64,000 nucleotides of DNA from a virus: positions 64,001 through 128,000 of IMG/VR virus record IMGVR_UViG_3300018080_000002. The stretch is one strand, 5' to 3'. Below the pieces are notes generated by a model. The model was not told the DNA's origin. It saw nothing but the letters and a program-made list of their open reading frames with translations, and searched no databases. The position numbers and the translations under genes were made by a program. Positions within the stretch are counted from its first letter, which is position 1; the number at the start of each line of letters is the position of its first letter. Of this stretch, positions 8,373-17,654 are shown piece after piece.

Positions 8373-8625
8373 ATATTTCAAATTAATTGACGGTTTCAGT
8401 CATAATCCGTTGTTGAGATATGGACGAAATGACCCTTGTATATGTGGCAGTAATAAAAAGTTTAAGAAATGTTGTTTGCCAAAATTACCAAGGGGTGTCC
8501 CATCTCCGATTGCAGATGATATGAAAAATAAGAGTGTTGGTACTCAAGCGGCTATCCTGTTAGAATATATAAAAGAGCAACAAAAACATAAGGATAGCAA
8601 TAATGAGGACATCAAAGAGCAATGA
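8281..8625 (+). CDS. SEC-C motif protein
   Basis: GRNDPCICGSNKKFKKCC. Confidence 0.85.
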   Translation: MTNEQRSLKEVETATERTQQKMEELKPRLHRYFKLIDGFSHNPLLRYGRNDPCICGSNKKFKKCCLPKLPRGVPSPIADDMKNKSVGTQAAILLEYIKEQQKHKDSNNEDIKEQ

Positions 8626-8857
8626 TGATAAGCTATTCGTTATACGCCACTGGGACATTGATCACGATGATTCGTCGGTGGTTGCTAGAGGGTATCTCGC
8701 TGATGATGAGAGCCGTACAATCCGCATAGTAGAAATTCCTGTCATTTCGTTTCGTGTTGTTTGTAATCATAAAATTGCTAGTGCTGGTAGTCAGTTAGTG
8801 ACTCGATTGCGTTCTGGCCACTTCAAGCTTTATGATATGAATAAGGTGGAGGGCTAG
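8603..8857 (+). CDS. Hypothetical protein
   Basis: Overlapping ORF in the operon. Confidence 0.5.
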   Translation: MRTSKSNDDKLFVIRHWDIDHDDSSVVARGYLADDESRTIRIVEIPVISFRVVCNHKIASAGSQLVTRLRSGHFKLYDMNKVEG

Positions 8858-9009
8858 TTAGCCTTTGCGGCTGTTTATAGGCTTTTTTGTTCATGTATAG
8901 AAAACTGTCGTTCTTCATTTTTTGTTTGGGGGGATGCTGGTGATTGTGTTCTAGGGACGGAAAGCGAGTATCGGCATTCCTATTTAATTTTTTTATGAAG
9001 GGGGGAGCG

Positions 9010-9348
9010 ATGGATATATTATCAAATTCTGCTGAACTTACGGCTATTCTTGTTTTGTCTCTTGGATTGATAAAAATCATTGAAATGCTGGTTAAAAAGA
9101 TTGGCAAAAAGGATAGTGCTCTACTTTCCGATGAACGTACATGGTTAAGAAACACCAATGAGATATTATCGAAGACCGATTCTAGCGGTGTTCCGTTGGT
9201 CTATGTTCCGCGTAGCTGTTCAGAATCTCAGGACAGACTGTTAGAGAAAATGTCTGCTATATCTTCGTCGCAGGAAAAAATTTGCTACATTCTTGAGAAT
9301 GTTGTTAAGCATTTAGAGAATATTGAGCTGTTAAAAAATAAACAGTAG
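9010..9348 (+). CDS. Single-TM membrane protein (holin-like?)
   Basis: GGGGGAG SD; N-terminal hydrophobic helix and coiled-coil tail. Confidence 0.55.
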   Translation: MDILSNSAELTAILVLSLGLIKIIEMLVKKIGKKDSALLSDERTWLRNTNEILSKTDSSGVPLVYVPRSCSESQDRLLEKMSAISSSQEKICYILENVVKHLENIELLKNKQ

Positions 9349-9367
9349 TAGACCAGGAAAATGTAAG

Positions 9368-9395
9368 TTGATAAAACTTATGAGTTGACTATAAT
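9368..9395 (+). promoter_or_regulatory. Sigma70-like promoter
   Basis: TTGATA-16 bp-TATAAT. Confidence 0.45.
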
Positions 9396-9451
9396 AATGT
9401 TATTATGTTCAGGAATGATGTTTGTTTTTTTTTGTTACGAGGTAATGGCGT

Positions 9452-9913
9452 ATGGATCAGAAAGATTATTTGAAGTTTCACAAGGATTTTACCTCCAGAA
9501 TGTATCAGATAGTCGAGTCTGATTCTAGGGGTAGTGAGAACGGAGATCCTTTTACTGACTTTATGTTCGTAGAGGATATCGGTGTTTGTTCAGCTCTTTA
9601 TGGGTATCTGATAAATAAGTCGGATCGCTTTAGAAAGATCGTAAAATACCTTAAAAGAGGGGTCGATAAGTTTCCGATGGAGGCGATTGAAGAGACCTTG
9701 CTCGAAGAGGCGAATTACAACGTGCTTTTGGCAGCTTATTTAAAGGATATGCGGACTAAAAAGAGCGGCGAAGAGGAAAAAAAAAGACGTAGTGACGATA
9801 CTGGTAATAGTAAAGAGGATTCTCGCTTACCTCCGTCCGAAAGGCGGGATTCAGAATCCGAGAACGTATCGGAGTCTGTCGATAAGTTAGGTCGAGAGTC
9901 GATTATATACTAA
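9452..9913 (+). CDS. Divergent nucleotide-modification-associated (Nmad1/DUF1599-like) protein
   Basis: GDPFTDF...KSDR...EAIEETLLEEANY resembles DPFANF...DK..R...ES..DTL.DLANY. Confidence 0.5.
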   Translation: MDQKDYLKFHKDFTSRMYQIVESDSRGSENGDPFTDFMFVEDIGVCSALYGYLINKSDRFRKIVKYLKRGVDKFPMEAIEETLLEEANYNVLLAAYLKDMRTKKSGEEEKKRRSDDTGNSKEDSRLPPSERRDSESENVSESVDKLGRESIIY

Positions 9914-9947
9914 CATTGGAAAAACTCTTTTCAGATATTATAGGTGT

Positions 9948-9980
9948 GGTCACAGTGATGAGTTGCTGTGACCTTTTTTT
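9948..9980 (+). terminator. Rho-independent terminator
   Basis: GGTCACAGTGA-TGAG-TTGCTGTGACC followed by T7. Confidence 0.85.
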
Positions 9981-10329
9981 GTGCAATAAGATCGTGACAT
10001 TTTTATGTCGAGGTAAAAGCTGCTCACCCCTTTAGAGGCAAGTAGAGTCGAATTGACGAGAGTTTTTGAAATGATTGAGATTATTTTTTTAGGTGAAAAA
10101 ATAAGGTCTGAGTCGATGTTGAGTAAAGTTTGCACGTAGATGATTATTTTGTAGGCAAGATAGACTGCAAAATCGATAAAAACAGGCCAAAAAGACCCTA
10201 TTTTGACGTTTGTATGTAAGATTGAATTGCTGAGTTTCCCCTGGAGACAAGGTGATCACACTAACTGTAATTATTGAAATTTGATGTTTTGTCAAATGAT
10301 CAGGTTTGTATGTATGTGATGAGTTAAAC

Positions 10330-10575
10330 ATGAGTAAAAAACGGCGGTATGACTACAGAACGTTGTCTGATGAAGAGATCAAGACACTAAAACATGCTCG
10401 ATGGAAACGTTGTCCTTTCTGTGGCGATAAGGTCGAGGTGTTTGAGAATTATCCCTATTCAAAGGTTTTCCAGGACGCATGGCTTAGATGTTTAGGGTGC
10501 GACATCTCTGTAGGTCCGTATTCAAAGAGAATAGCTTTAAAGGCAAGATGGAATATGAGGGTAGACGATGATTAG
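10330..10575 (+). CDS. Lar-like (restriction alleviation) zinc-ribbon protein
   Basis: CPFCG...CLGC...RWNMR. Confidence 0.7.
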   Translation: MSKKRRYDYRTLSDEEIKTLKHARWKRCPFCGDKVEVFENYPYSKVFQDAWLRCLGCDISVGPYSKRIALKARWNMRVDDD

Positions 10576-10714
10576 TAAACTGTGGTGGAATATCAAGTAT
10601 TGGTTCAAGTGTGTTTTTGTAATTCCTGATGATAACTCAGAGGTGATGAGGAAATCAGGTGAAGCTATGGAATTTCTGAAAAGCCTTGAGGCTAAAGAGA
10701 GGGGTAAATCATGA
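10568..10714 (+). CDS. Small hypothetical protein (48 aa)
   Basis: Overlaps both neighbouring genes; GAGG SD. Confidence 0.5.
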   Translation: MISKLWWNIKYWFKCVFVIPDDNSEVMRKSGEAMEFLKSLEAKERGKS

Positions 10715-11607
10715 AATTGATGTTAGCTATTTTGTTTTTGGTGATATCCTGTAGTCATCAGAGCGAAGGGATGTTGACTGATCCGGCAGAGTTTGTGCCA
10801 ACACCGCCAGGAGATTTTGGCAGTTTTTATCTATCAGGTCCAGATCTGCATGGGATTCGCGGCGGTCGGTTCGATGTGGATAAGTGTTGTCCGAAGTGCA
10901 AAAAATGCAAAGACGATGAATTGAAAGAGGAGTTGAAAGAGGCTGAAGAGGAGATCAAACGCCTTGAGGACATGCTTGAGAAAAATGATGAGTTTCTGCG
11001 AAAGGCCGAAAAAGACTTAGAGGATGCGGAGGAGGATCTGGAAAAGGCTGAAAAAGATCTGGAGAAATGCCAGGACAAAGAGGAATGTCCTAAGTGTAAG
11101 AAATGCGAAAAGTGCGAAAAGTGCGAAAAGTGCGAAAAGTGTAAAGAGTGTGAGAAATGTGAAGAGTGTCCTCCAGAGAAAGAATGTCCTGATAAGGACT
11201 CGGATAAGGATGATGATAAGAACATCCCCCCACCAGAGGAGACTGCTGATGGAGCATTGAAAGATCTCTTTGAAGAGATGAATAAGATCAGATCGAAATA
11301 TGGAGCGGGACCATTGGTTTTAAATCCCAGGCTAAATTGTGCGGCAAAAAAACATAGTGAGGATATTGGCAGAACGAGGCGTTGCTCTCATACAGGTTCC
11401 GATGGTTCGAGTCCTTGGAAACGGGCTGAGAGATGTGGGATCAAAGCATATGGTGAGATAGTAGCGTGTGGTCAAGGGACTCCGAAAGCTGCGATAGATG
11501 CTTGGTTTAAGAGTTCTGGCCATAGAAATCTAATGCTCAATAAGAAATTTAAAAAGGTCGGGGTTGGTATGAAAAACAATTACTGGACTGCGATCTTTGC
11601 ATATTAA
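10711..11607 (+). CDS. Lipoprotein with coiled coil, Cys repeats and CAP/SCP domain
   Basis: Lipobox VISC; (CEK)n; LNCAAKKHSEDI...SHTGSDGS...GEIVA...W.KSSGHR.LML. Confidence 0.85.
   Translation: MKLMLAILFLVISCSHQSEGMLTDPAEFVPTPPGDFGSFYLSGPDLHGIRGGRFDVDKCCPKCKKCKDDELKEELKEAEEEIKRLEDMLEKNDEFLRKAEKDLEDAEEDLEKAEKDLEKCQDKEECPKCKKCEKCEKCEKCEKCKECEKCEECPPEKECPDKDSDKDDDKNIPPPEETADGALKDLFEEMNKIRSKYGAGPLVLNPRLNCAAKKHSEDIGRTRRCSHTGSDGSSPWKRAERCGIKAYGEIVACGQGTPKAAIDAWFKSSGHRNLMLNKKFKKVGVGMKNNYWTAIFAY
11086..11169 (+). repeat. 9-bp tandem repeat (TGCGAAAAG) encoding CxxCxxC
   Basis: Directly visible. Confidence 0.9.
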
Positions 11608-11618
11608 GGGGGTGAGTT

Positions 11619-13571
11619 ATGAAAAAGATATTATTTTTGATTTTTATTTTGGTGTTGGGGTGTGCTGCATCTTGGAAAATCACAGAGCAGACAGCGACAA
11701 GGATTGTGATGGAGCTGGTGGAAGATCCAGTTGATCCTACTCCGATACCTCCTGTCGAAGATCCTGTGGAGGTTCCTGCTGATGGTAATGCTTGGTTAAT
11801 GGGGTATTATGTCGGGTATCAGAGAGGTCTATATCCACCGGAAAAGGTAGATTTTACCAGTATCACGCATTTGATGGTTGGTAGAGTTGTGCCAAAGGCT
11901 GACGGGACATTAACTACGGATCTGGATATCGATGATACGAATGGACCAGCTTTGGCGAAATCGCTGGCGGGTTTGGCGCATAAAAATTTAAGAAAAGCCA
12001 TTCTTATGATTGGTGGTGATGGTGCTCACTCTGGTTGGGTTGGGTCAGCCAGTTCAGCAAACAGATCTAAGTTTGTGGATAACCTGTTATCGGTTATGGA
12101 TGCCTGGGGATATGATGGTTTAGATTTGGATTGGGAGCCTATTCTGGATTATGATAAGCCAGACTTGTTAGCATTGATAAAAGAGCTTAGGGCAAAAAGA
12201 CCGAATATGATTTTGACGATCCCTGTCGGTTGGGTTAATGCCAACCTTAAAAATGCTGATCCATGGTTGAAAAATATAGAACCATATGTTGATCGCATAA
12301 ACGTTATGTCATATTTGATGGGTGGTCCTTGGAGCGGTTGGCTGAGTTGGCATTCATCGGCATTGTCCGGTCATGGTGCTCAATATCCTAGTTCTATCGA
12401 GGTATCTGCTGAAGGATATCGATCTGTGGGGATACCAGCGGGGAAAATAGGTATTGGAGTGGGTTTTTTTGGCGTATGTTGGAAAGGTGTGACTGGTCCT
12501 AAACAATCTACATCTGGAGCATCGATAGTCGCCAGTGACAATACGATGAGCTATCGAAATATCCTTGCAAGTTATTTGGTTGAATCTGCATATAAATGGG
12601 ATTCAACAGCTTATGTTCCATATCTTTCATATCCGAACGGATACGGTCCTCTGGGATGTAATTTTATCTCGGCAGAGGATGAATCATCAGTATCACGCAA
12701 AGGGGAATATGTTCGAGTAAATGGTCTTGGAGGAGCTATTGTTTGGACTGTTAATCAGGGGTATTTGCCAGATAAGGATGATAATCCACTGTTGGTTTCA
12801 TTAGCAAACGGGATGTTTGTCGATAGCCAGCCTTTACCGATTCCTGTTCCGACTCCTGATGTTGGACAGGATATTAGCGGGAATATTAGTGGCATTTTTG
12901 AGGTTAGCAAATCTCCATATAATGTTGTTGGTGATGTCCATGTACCTAAAGGAAAAACTTTGATTATCGAGCCAGGAGTTAAGCTGATTTTTAAGGGTCA
13001 TTATAAAATGACGGTTGAAGGTATTTTGGTTTCTAAGGGAACATCTCAATTGCCTATTATTTTCACGGCAGATGATACTGCTGAGGGGTGGAATGGTTTG
13101 AGATGGCAAACTGGTACTGGGCATGATACGACAGGTTTAAATATTATTAAACATACTGTCTTTGAATATGGGAACAAAACTAAAGTGGTTATTAACGGTT
13201 CATATAAAGAAAATCGTGCTGGAGCGTTATTTGTATATGGAGTAGAAAATATTCAGATTGAGGACAATGTTTTTAGATATAACAGATCAAACGACAAATG
13301 CGGTGCAGTTATGATGCTGGCCATAGACGCTCCTATTTCTTTTAAAAATAATTCTTTTGAGGGTAACGAATCTTATCAGCATGGGGGAGCATTATGTTTT
13401 ACCCATGGCAAGTATCAAGATTTGTACGGCGGGTCATTTCAGAATAATAAATCGGCAAAAAATTATGGTGCAATTTATGTTTATGATACGAAGGTGACTC
13501 TTCATAATGTAGGGTTTTCAGGGAACATACCGAATAATTATAATACGAATGCAGTTAGTATTGCTGATTGA
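11619..13571 (+). CDS. GH18 chitinase-like lipoprotein with C-terminal beta-helix
   Basis: Lipobox VLGC; GYDGLDLDWE catalytic motif; INVMSY; GGAIVW; beta-helix repeats. Confidence 0.85.
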   Translation: MKKILFLIFILVLGCAASWKITEQTATRIVMELVEDPVDPTPIPPVEDPVEVPADGNAWLMGYYVGYQRGLYPPEKVDFTSITHLMVGRVVPKADGTLTTDLDIDDTNGPALAKSLAGLAHKNLRKAILMIGGDGAHSGWVGSASSANRSKFVDNLLSVMDAWGYDGLDLDWEPILDYDKPDLLALIKELRAKRPNMILTIPVGWVNANLKNADPWLKNIEPYVDRINVMSYLMGGPWSGWLSWHSSALSGHGAQYPSSIEVSAEGYRSVGIPAGKIGIGVGFFGVCWKGVTGPKQSTSGASIVASDNTMSYRNILASYLVESAYKWDSTAYVPYLSYPNGYGPLGCNFISAEDESSVSRKGEYVRVNGLGGAIVWTVNQGYLPDKDDNPLLVSLANGMFVDSQPLPIPVPTPDVGQDISGNISGIFEVSKSPYNVVGDVHVPKGKTLIIEPGVKLIFKGHYKMTVEGILVSKGTSQLPIIFTADDTAEGWNGLRWQTGTGHDTTGLNIIKHTVFEYGNKTKVVINGSYKENRAGALFVYGVENIQIEDNVFRYNRSNDKCGAVMMLAIDAPISFKNNSFEGNESYQHGGALCFTHGKYQDLYGGSFQNNKSAKNYGAIYVYDTKVTLHNVGFSGNIPNNYNTNAVSIAD

Positions 13572-13589
13572 TGTTTGGAGTAAAGGGTC

Positions 13590-13775
13590 ATGGTTGACTT
13601 GATAAAATATGAAGATGAGAGTGATTGGGATGCGTTTACAGAGTGCATGTGTCTGGATATTGTCGAAGAGGGTGATTTTAGAGATTACCTTTTAGATAAC
13701 GGTTATACCGTTGATAGTTTGACTCTTAGTGAATTGGAAGTTTTGTATAAAGAGTTTGATAATGACGGATTTTAA
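13590..13775 (+). CDS. Acidic hypothetical protein
   Basis: ORF with SD. Confidence 0.6.
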   Translation: MVDLIKYEDESDWDAFTECMCLDIVEEGDFRDYLLDNGYTVDSLTLSELEVLYKEFDNDGF

Positions 13776-13787
13776 AAGGAGATCGTA

Positions 13788-14210
13788 ATGAGTGTAAAAG
13801 TTTTGATCCTTAAAGGATTACCTGGTAGCGGTAAGAGTGCTTATGCAAAAGAACTAATGGATAAGGAAAAGGATTGGGTTAGGGTCAGCAGGGACAATCT
13901 CAGGGATATGCTTTATTTTAAGGATTTTCACTGGGCAAAAGAGAAAATGCTGGTCAGGATCATGAAAGAAATAATTGTTGATCTTGTGAGAATCGGCAAA
14001 AATGTCATTGTTGATAATACTCATTTAGATCCAAGTCATATAGAAATTGTTCATGATGCTTTGGTTTATAGTGGTGTGGATACAGATGTCGAAATTAAGT
14101 TTATTGACACACCCTTAGATGAATGTATAGCTAGGGATAGTTTGAGATCTGATTCTGTTGGTGAAACGGTTATTAGAAAAATGTACGAGAAATGGCTTGA
14201 AGAGAAATAA
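13788..14210 (+). CDS. Polynucleotide 5'-kinase-like P-loop protein (PseT N-domain)
   Basis: GLPGSGKS, SRDNLR, VIVDNTH, ECIARD..R. Confidence 0.85.
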   Translation: MSVKVLILKGLPGSGKSAYAKELMDKEKDWVRVSRDNLRDMLYFKDFHWAKEKMLVRIMKEIIVDLVRIGKNVIVDNTHLDPSHIEIVHDALVYSGVDTDVEIKFIDTPLDECIARDSLRSDSVGETVIRKMYEKWLEEK

Positions 14211-14353
14211 ATACCATAAGTTAGCACATGAAAAGATATTGAGTAGAGGTCGTCTTATTGTTAGATGTAACATAGATAACTGTGGTGCTTGTTCTTATAT
14301 CCAAGATGCTTATAGAGTGCGTTTTTTAAAAAATAATAGTTGGAGTAAGAAAT

Positions 14354-14566
14354 ATGTTATCGTCAGGCGTAAAGGTACTATTGTTGATCGGATTATTCAG
14401 TTTTTTAACAGGCTGTGGTAGGTGTCAGAGGACGATTACTCATTGGACGGGTGATTTGACATACAAATGTTCTAAAGGTGGAGCTGAGTATGTTCAATCA
14501 GACAGCGGTATCGCGGTTCATGTGAATCCTGATACTGGATTGCCATATCATTGCACTGGAAGATAG
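14354..14566 (+). CDS. Small lipoprotein
   Basis: Hydrophobic signal with LTGC lipobox. Confidence 0.65.
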   Translation: MLSSGVKVLLLIGLFSFLTGCGRCQRTITHWTGDLTYKCSKGGAEYVQSDSGIAVHVNPDTGLPYHCTGR

Positions 14567-14574
14567 ATTTTTAT

Positions 14575-14742
14575 GGGGATAGCGGTTACATCTGGTAACA
14601 GGTGTTGACAGGAGTGAGCGAGGTGCCTTGGCTAGACCGATCGGGCAATGGCCGAAAGTCCTAAAGAGCATCGATTGGAACCCGTACTGATCTCTCATTA
14701 TCCATTAGGTTTTGATGCAGATTGGTTGATGCTCCTATCCCC
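14575..14742 (+). ncRNA. Candidate structured ncRNA, ~168 nt
   Basis: Closing stem GGGGATAG/CTATCCCC; hairpin GTTAC/GTAAC; 11-bp GAGCATCGATT/GGTTGATGCTC; intergenic. Confidence 0.55.
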
Positions 14743-14790
14743 TCCCCTTAAAATACGAAAGCGCATTCGTTTTTTTCCAAGGAGGTTATT

Positions 14791-14991
14791 ATTTCGAGTT
14801 GTATATATTGTGATGGTGGAGATGTAATTGTCTCGACTAGCACTCGTAGGGGTGCGTATAAAGGAATTGAGGTTGATCATAAATATGAATACTTTGAGTG
14901 TTTGTCGTGTGGTAAAACGTTTCAAACGATAAAACAGAAAGCTCAAGAGATTGCTGAAATACAGGAACAGATTAGGAAGAAAGATCGATGA
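14791..14991 (+). CDS. YgiT/MqsA-type zinc-finger protein with ATT start, not in ORF track
   Basis: AAGGAGG-ttatt-ATT; CIYCDGG...YKG.....YFECLSCGKTF; stop overlaps next ATG (ATGA). Confidence 0.7.
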   Translation: MSSCIYCDGGDVIVSTSTRRGAYKGIEVDHKYEYFECLSCGKTFQTIKQKAQEIAEIQEQIRKKDR

Positions 14992-15797
14992 ATATTATAG
15001 GTGACGTGCATGGTGAGTATGATGCTTTAGTAAAGCTGGCAAAGAAAATGCCAGACGATGAGTTTATATCAGTAGGAGACATGATTGATAGAGGTGCAAA
15101 ATCCAAAGAGGTCATGGATTTTTTCAGAAAAAACGGCAGAGCGGTCCTGGGCAACCATGAACATCAGTTATTGGATCTTTGGAATAAGGGTGATTATTAT
15201 GATTGTTTGATTTGGGGTGCGTTTAACGGTGGTTTTAAGACGCTTACAAGCATGATTTCATTTGTGGATGACATAAAGAGAGTGGTGTCCTGGAATAATG
15301 AGGTTTTATTTACAGTTAAGTATGGAAAGATGTTTGTCGAAGAGGGAATATTGGATGATATGATTGAGGGGTTTTCTAAAGATATTTGTGATCTTGTAAA
15401 GGAGATGATCCCAAAAGATTACATTGATTGGTTGCAATCGTTGCCATTGTATATCGATGAGGATGGTGTTTTCATTTCTCATGCTGCAAAGAATCCAGAG
15501 CTACAATTAGAGGATGTCTGCGATCTCAGGTATGGTCCTAACAATGAATATGCGATAGAGGATTTACCTCATAAATTAAAGCCTAAAGGATCGTATAACG
15601 ATAATATATTGTGGAATACTGGAAACCCTAGACGGATGAAAGACAAATATCAGGTGCATGGTCATAAGAGACAGACGAGTCCTTGGAAATATATGGATCA
15701 GTTTGGAGAGTTTGGCATCAATATCGATACCGTCCCTCAGATGCTTACAGGAATCCATCTGCCATCAAAAAAAGTGTATCAGGAGGAGATTGGATGA
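14988..15797 (+). CDS. Metallophosphoesterase (Ser/Thr phosphatase/ApaH-like)
   Basis: GDVHG, GDMIDRG, GNHE, SHA, VHGH, NIDT. Confidence 0.9.
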   Translation: MNIIGDVHGEYDALVKLAKKMPDDEFISVGDMIDRGAKSKEVMDFFRKNGRAVLGNHEHQLLDLWNKGDYYDCLIWGAFNGGFKTLTSMISFVDDIKRVVSWNNEVLFTVKYGKMFVEEGILDDMIEGFSKDICDLVKEMIPKDYIDWLQSLPLYIDEDGVFISHAAKNPELQLEDVCDLRYGPNNEYAIEDLPHKLKPKGSYNDNILWNTGNPRRMKDKYQVHGHKRQTSPWKYMDQFGEFGINIDTVPQMLTGIHLPSKKVYQEEIG

Positions 15798-15855
15798 CGT
15801 TGTCAAGAAAAAAATGTATTCTGGTATTAATAGATACTAGGTATGGGGTTTAATT

Positions 15856-16878
15856 ATGGAAATCATTAAGAAACGTTTGAAAATGATTGAACAGGCTTTA
15901 TATGAGGGTGGTATGCCCAAAGTGCCTAAAGAGATGATAAAGCCTGTAATGGACTGGGTAAAATCTGTTCATAAGTTTGGAGTTAGTAAAACAAAGACTT
16001 TTAGGTTCCCGAAGGGAATTAAGATTTATGGAAAAGAGACAGGACAGCCGATTGAGATAAAAGTCATATTGAAACCGTTCCAAACGAGAGAGGGTTCGTG
16101 GAGTGTATATGGCGGAAAGTTACAGTTAAATTCTGAGGCATCGATCGAAGAAATTGAGACGACTTTGTATCATGAACTTATTCATTTCATGCAGTCCTGG
16201 GATAAGAGGAATATCGGGGTTCCAAAGTCTAGGTCTGTTATAGTAAAGGGTGCGAAGTTCAAGAGTGAGAGAGAACGCGGATATATTTCATGGTTAGCAA
16301 ATCCGTATGAGTATAAGACGTTTTTGGCTGATAAGATAAACGGTTTGAGTAAGCATATTTTAAGTCTGGCAAGTAGGGATCAAGGTGTTGATGTTCAAGA
16401 CATGATAAGAGGTGTCGTAAAGAATTTTATGGACAAGAATGAGAATTATAAAAGACTTGATTCTAAAACTAGACGAGTATTTGCTACTGACTTAACGGTA
16501 GGCTTGAACAAAGATCCAAGGATCAAGAATCTTATCAATAGGCGAAAAGGTCAGCAGGATGTTGATGTTGATTCGATCAAAAAATCTCTTAGATCTGTAG
16601 CTAAGAGGACAGGTTTAGATATTTTTATGCCGAAAGCAGGAAAAGAGTTAAGCCAAGGTGGTGAGGAGAAACAATTATGGATTCAAGGCGATAATCCGAA
16701 GGACGTTGTTCATGTATTTAACTTGCTACGAAAGAGATACGGCACTGAGCTTGGTTTGGATTATATGGTGGATAAGGGAAAGCCAACCGTCAGGGTTTTC
16801 TATGATCAGAGTGAGTTAAGAAAATTTAGAGAGATGGTTAAATTTTTAGGAAAAATAGATAGGGTAGGTAAATTGTAA
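15856..16878 (+). CDS. HExxH metallopeptidase-like protein, putative head-internal
   Basis: LYHELIH, Y..NPYE; leader ending ALYE. Confidence 0.6.
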   Translation: MEIIKKRLKMIEQALYEGGMPKVPKEMIKPVMDWVKSVHKFGVSKTKTFRFPKGIKIYGKETGQPIEIKVILKPFQTREGSWSVYGGKLQLNSEASIEEIETTLYHELIHFMQSWDKRNIGVPKSRSVIVKGAKFKSERERGYISWLANPYEYKTFLADKINGLSKHILSLASRDQGVDVQDMIRGVVKNFMDKNENYKRLDSKTRRVFATDLTVGLNKDPRIKNLINRRKGQQDVDVDSIKKSLRSVAKRTGLDIFMPKAGKELSQGGEEKQLWIQGDNPKDVVHVFNLLRKRYGTELGLDYMVDKGKPTVRVFYDQSELRKFREMVKFLGKIDRVGKL

Positions 16879-17654
16879 TGAAGGTAAAGTTTCTTGGCGT
16901 AGGATCTGCGTTTTATCCAGATCTAGGTAATACGAGTATTTTGATCAACGATAGGGTGCTTATTGATTGCGGTTCAACAGTACCAGCCGAATTGATGAGA
17001 TTGAAAAAAATTGAAGAGATCACTGACATCATCATTACTCATCTCCATTCCGATCATGTTGGTGGTTTAGAATTACTTGGTCAGATTTATTATTATGCTT
17101 TAAAAAAGAGACCTCGTTTATGGCTTACAGAAACCATGAGGAGGGATCTTTGGGAAAAGGTGCTGAGAGGTGGTTTAGAGTATTCTGTGTCACCAGTCGG
17201 CTCTATCCTCAAATGTGAGCTAGAGACTTATTTTAACTTAGAGTGGGGGATTACTCCGAAACCTGGTGTTGTTGGTTGTTATGAAGTCAATACTCCAGAC
17301 GTCAGCATTATGTTAGAGTTGACGGAGCATGTCCCAGGAATGGAATCATATTCGATGATCACAGATGACGGGGTAATTTATTCCTCAGACATCAAACATT
17401 GTCTGTATGATCAGGGGTATGCGATCGAAGAGTTTGACGGATTGAAAGCAATATTTCATGATTGTAGTCTGGTTGATTTGGGGGTTCAAAACGTCCATCC
17501 GTATATCGAGAGTTTGTTAGAGGGTATTCCAGAGGAATATCGGGGAATTACGTGGTTCGTACATTATGGGAATCAATATAAGGACTGGGAAGAAAAGATT
17601 CAGCCTTTAGGGTTTCCAGGGTTTGTTAGAAAAGGCCAGGATTTTATTTTTTGA
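16878..17654 (+). CDS. MBL-fold hydrolase, Apyc1 (anti-Pycsar)-like
   Basis: LGVGSAF, LIDCG, THLHSDHVGGLE, LW..LRGGL, YSSD, FHDC, VH, HY. Confidence 0.8.
   Translation: MKVKFLGVGSAFYPDLGNTSILINDRVLIDCGSTVPAELMRLKKIEEITDIIITHLHSDHVGGLELLGQIYYYALKKRPRLWLTETMRRDLWEKVLRGGLEYSVSPVGSILKCELETYFNLEWGITPKPGVVGCYEVNTPDVSIMLELTEHVPGMESYSMITDDGVIYSSDIKHCLYDQGYAIEEFDGLKAIFHDCSLVDLGVQNVHPYIESLLEGIPEEYRGITWFVHYGNQYKDWEEKIQPLGFPGFVRKGQDFIF

Noticed and set aside
9981-10329. 350-nt intergenic gap as a possible ncRNA or gene
   Set aside because: Only weak short hairpins and no credible ORF; nothing I can support.
14575-14742. RNase P, group I intron or c-di-GMP riboswitch (GAAAGTCC, GAACCCG, GGGCAA..GAAA fragments)
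   Set aside because: Too short, and the other required conserved elements are missing; kept only as an unknown ncRNA candidate.
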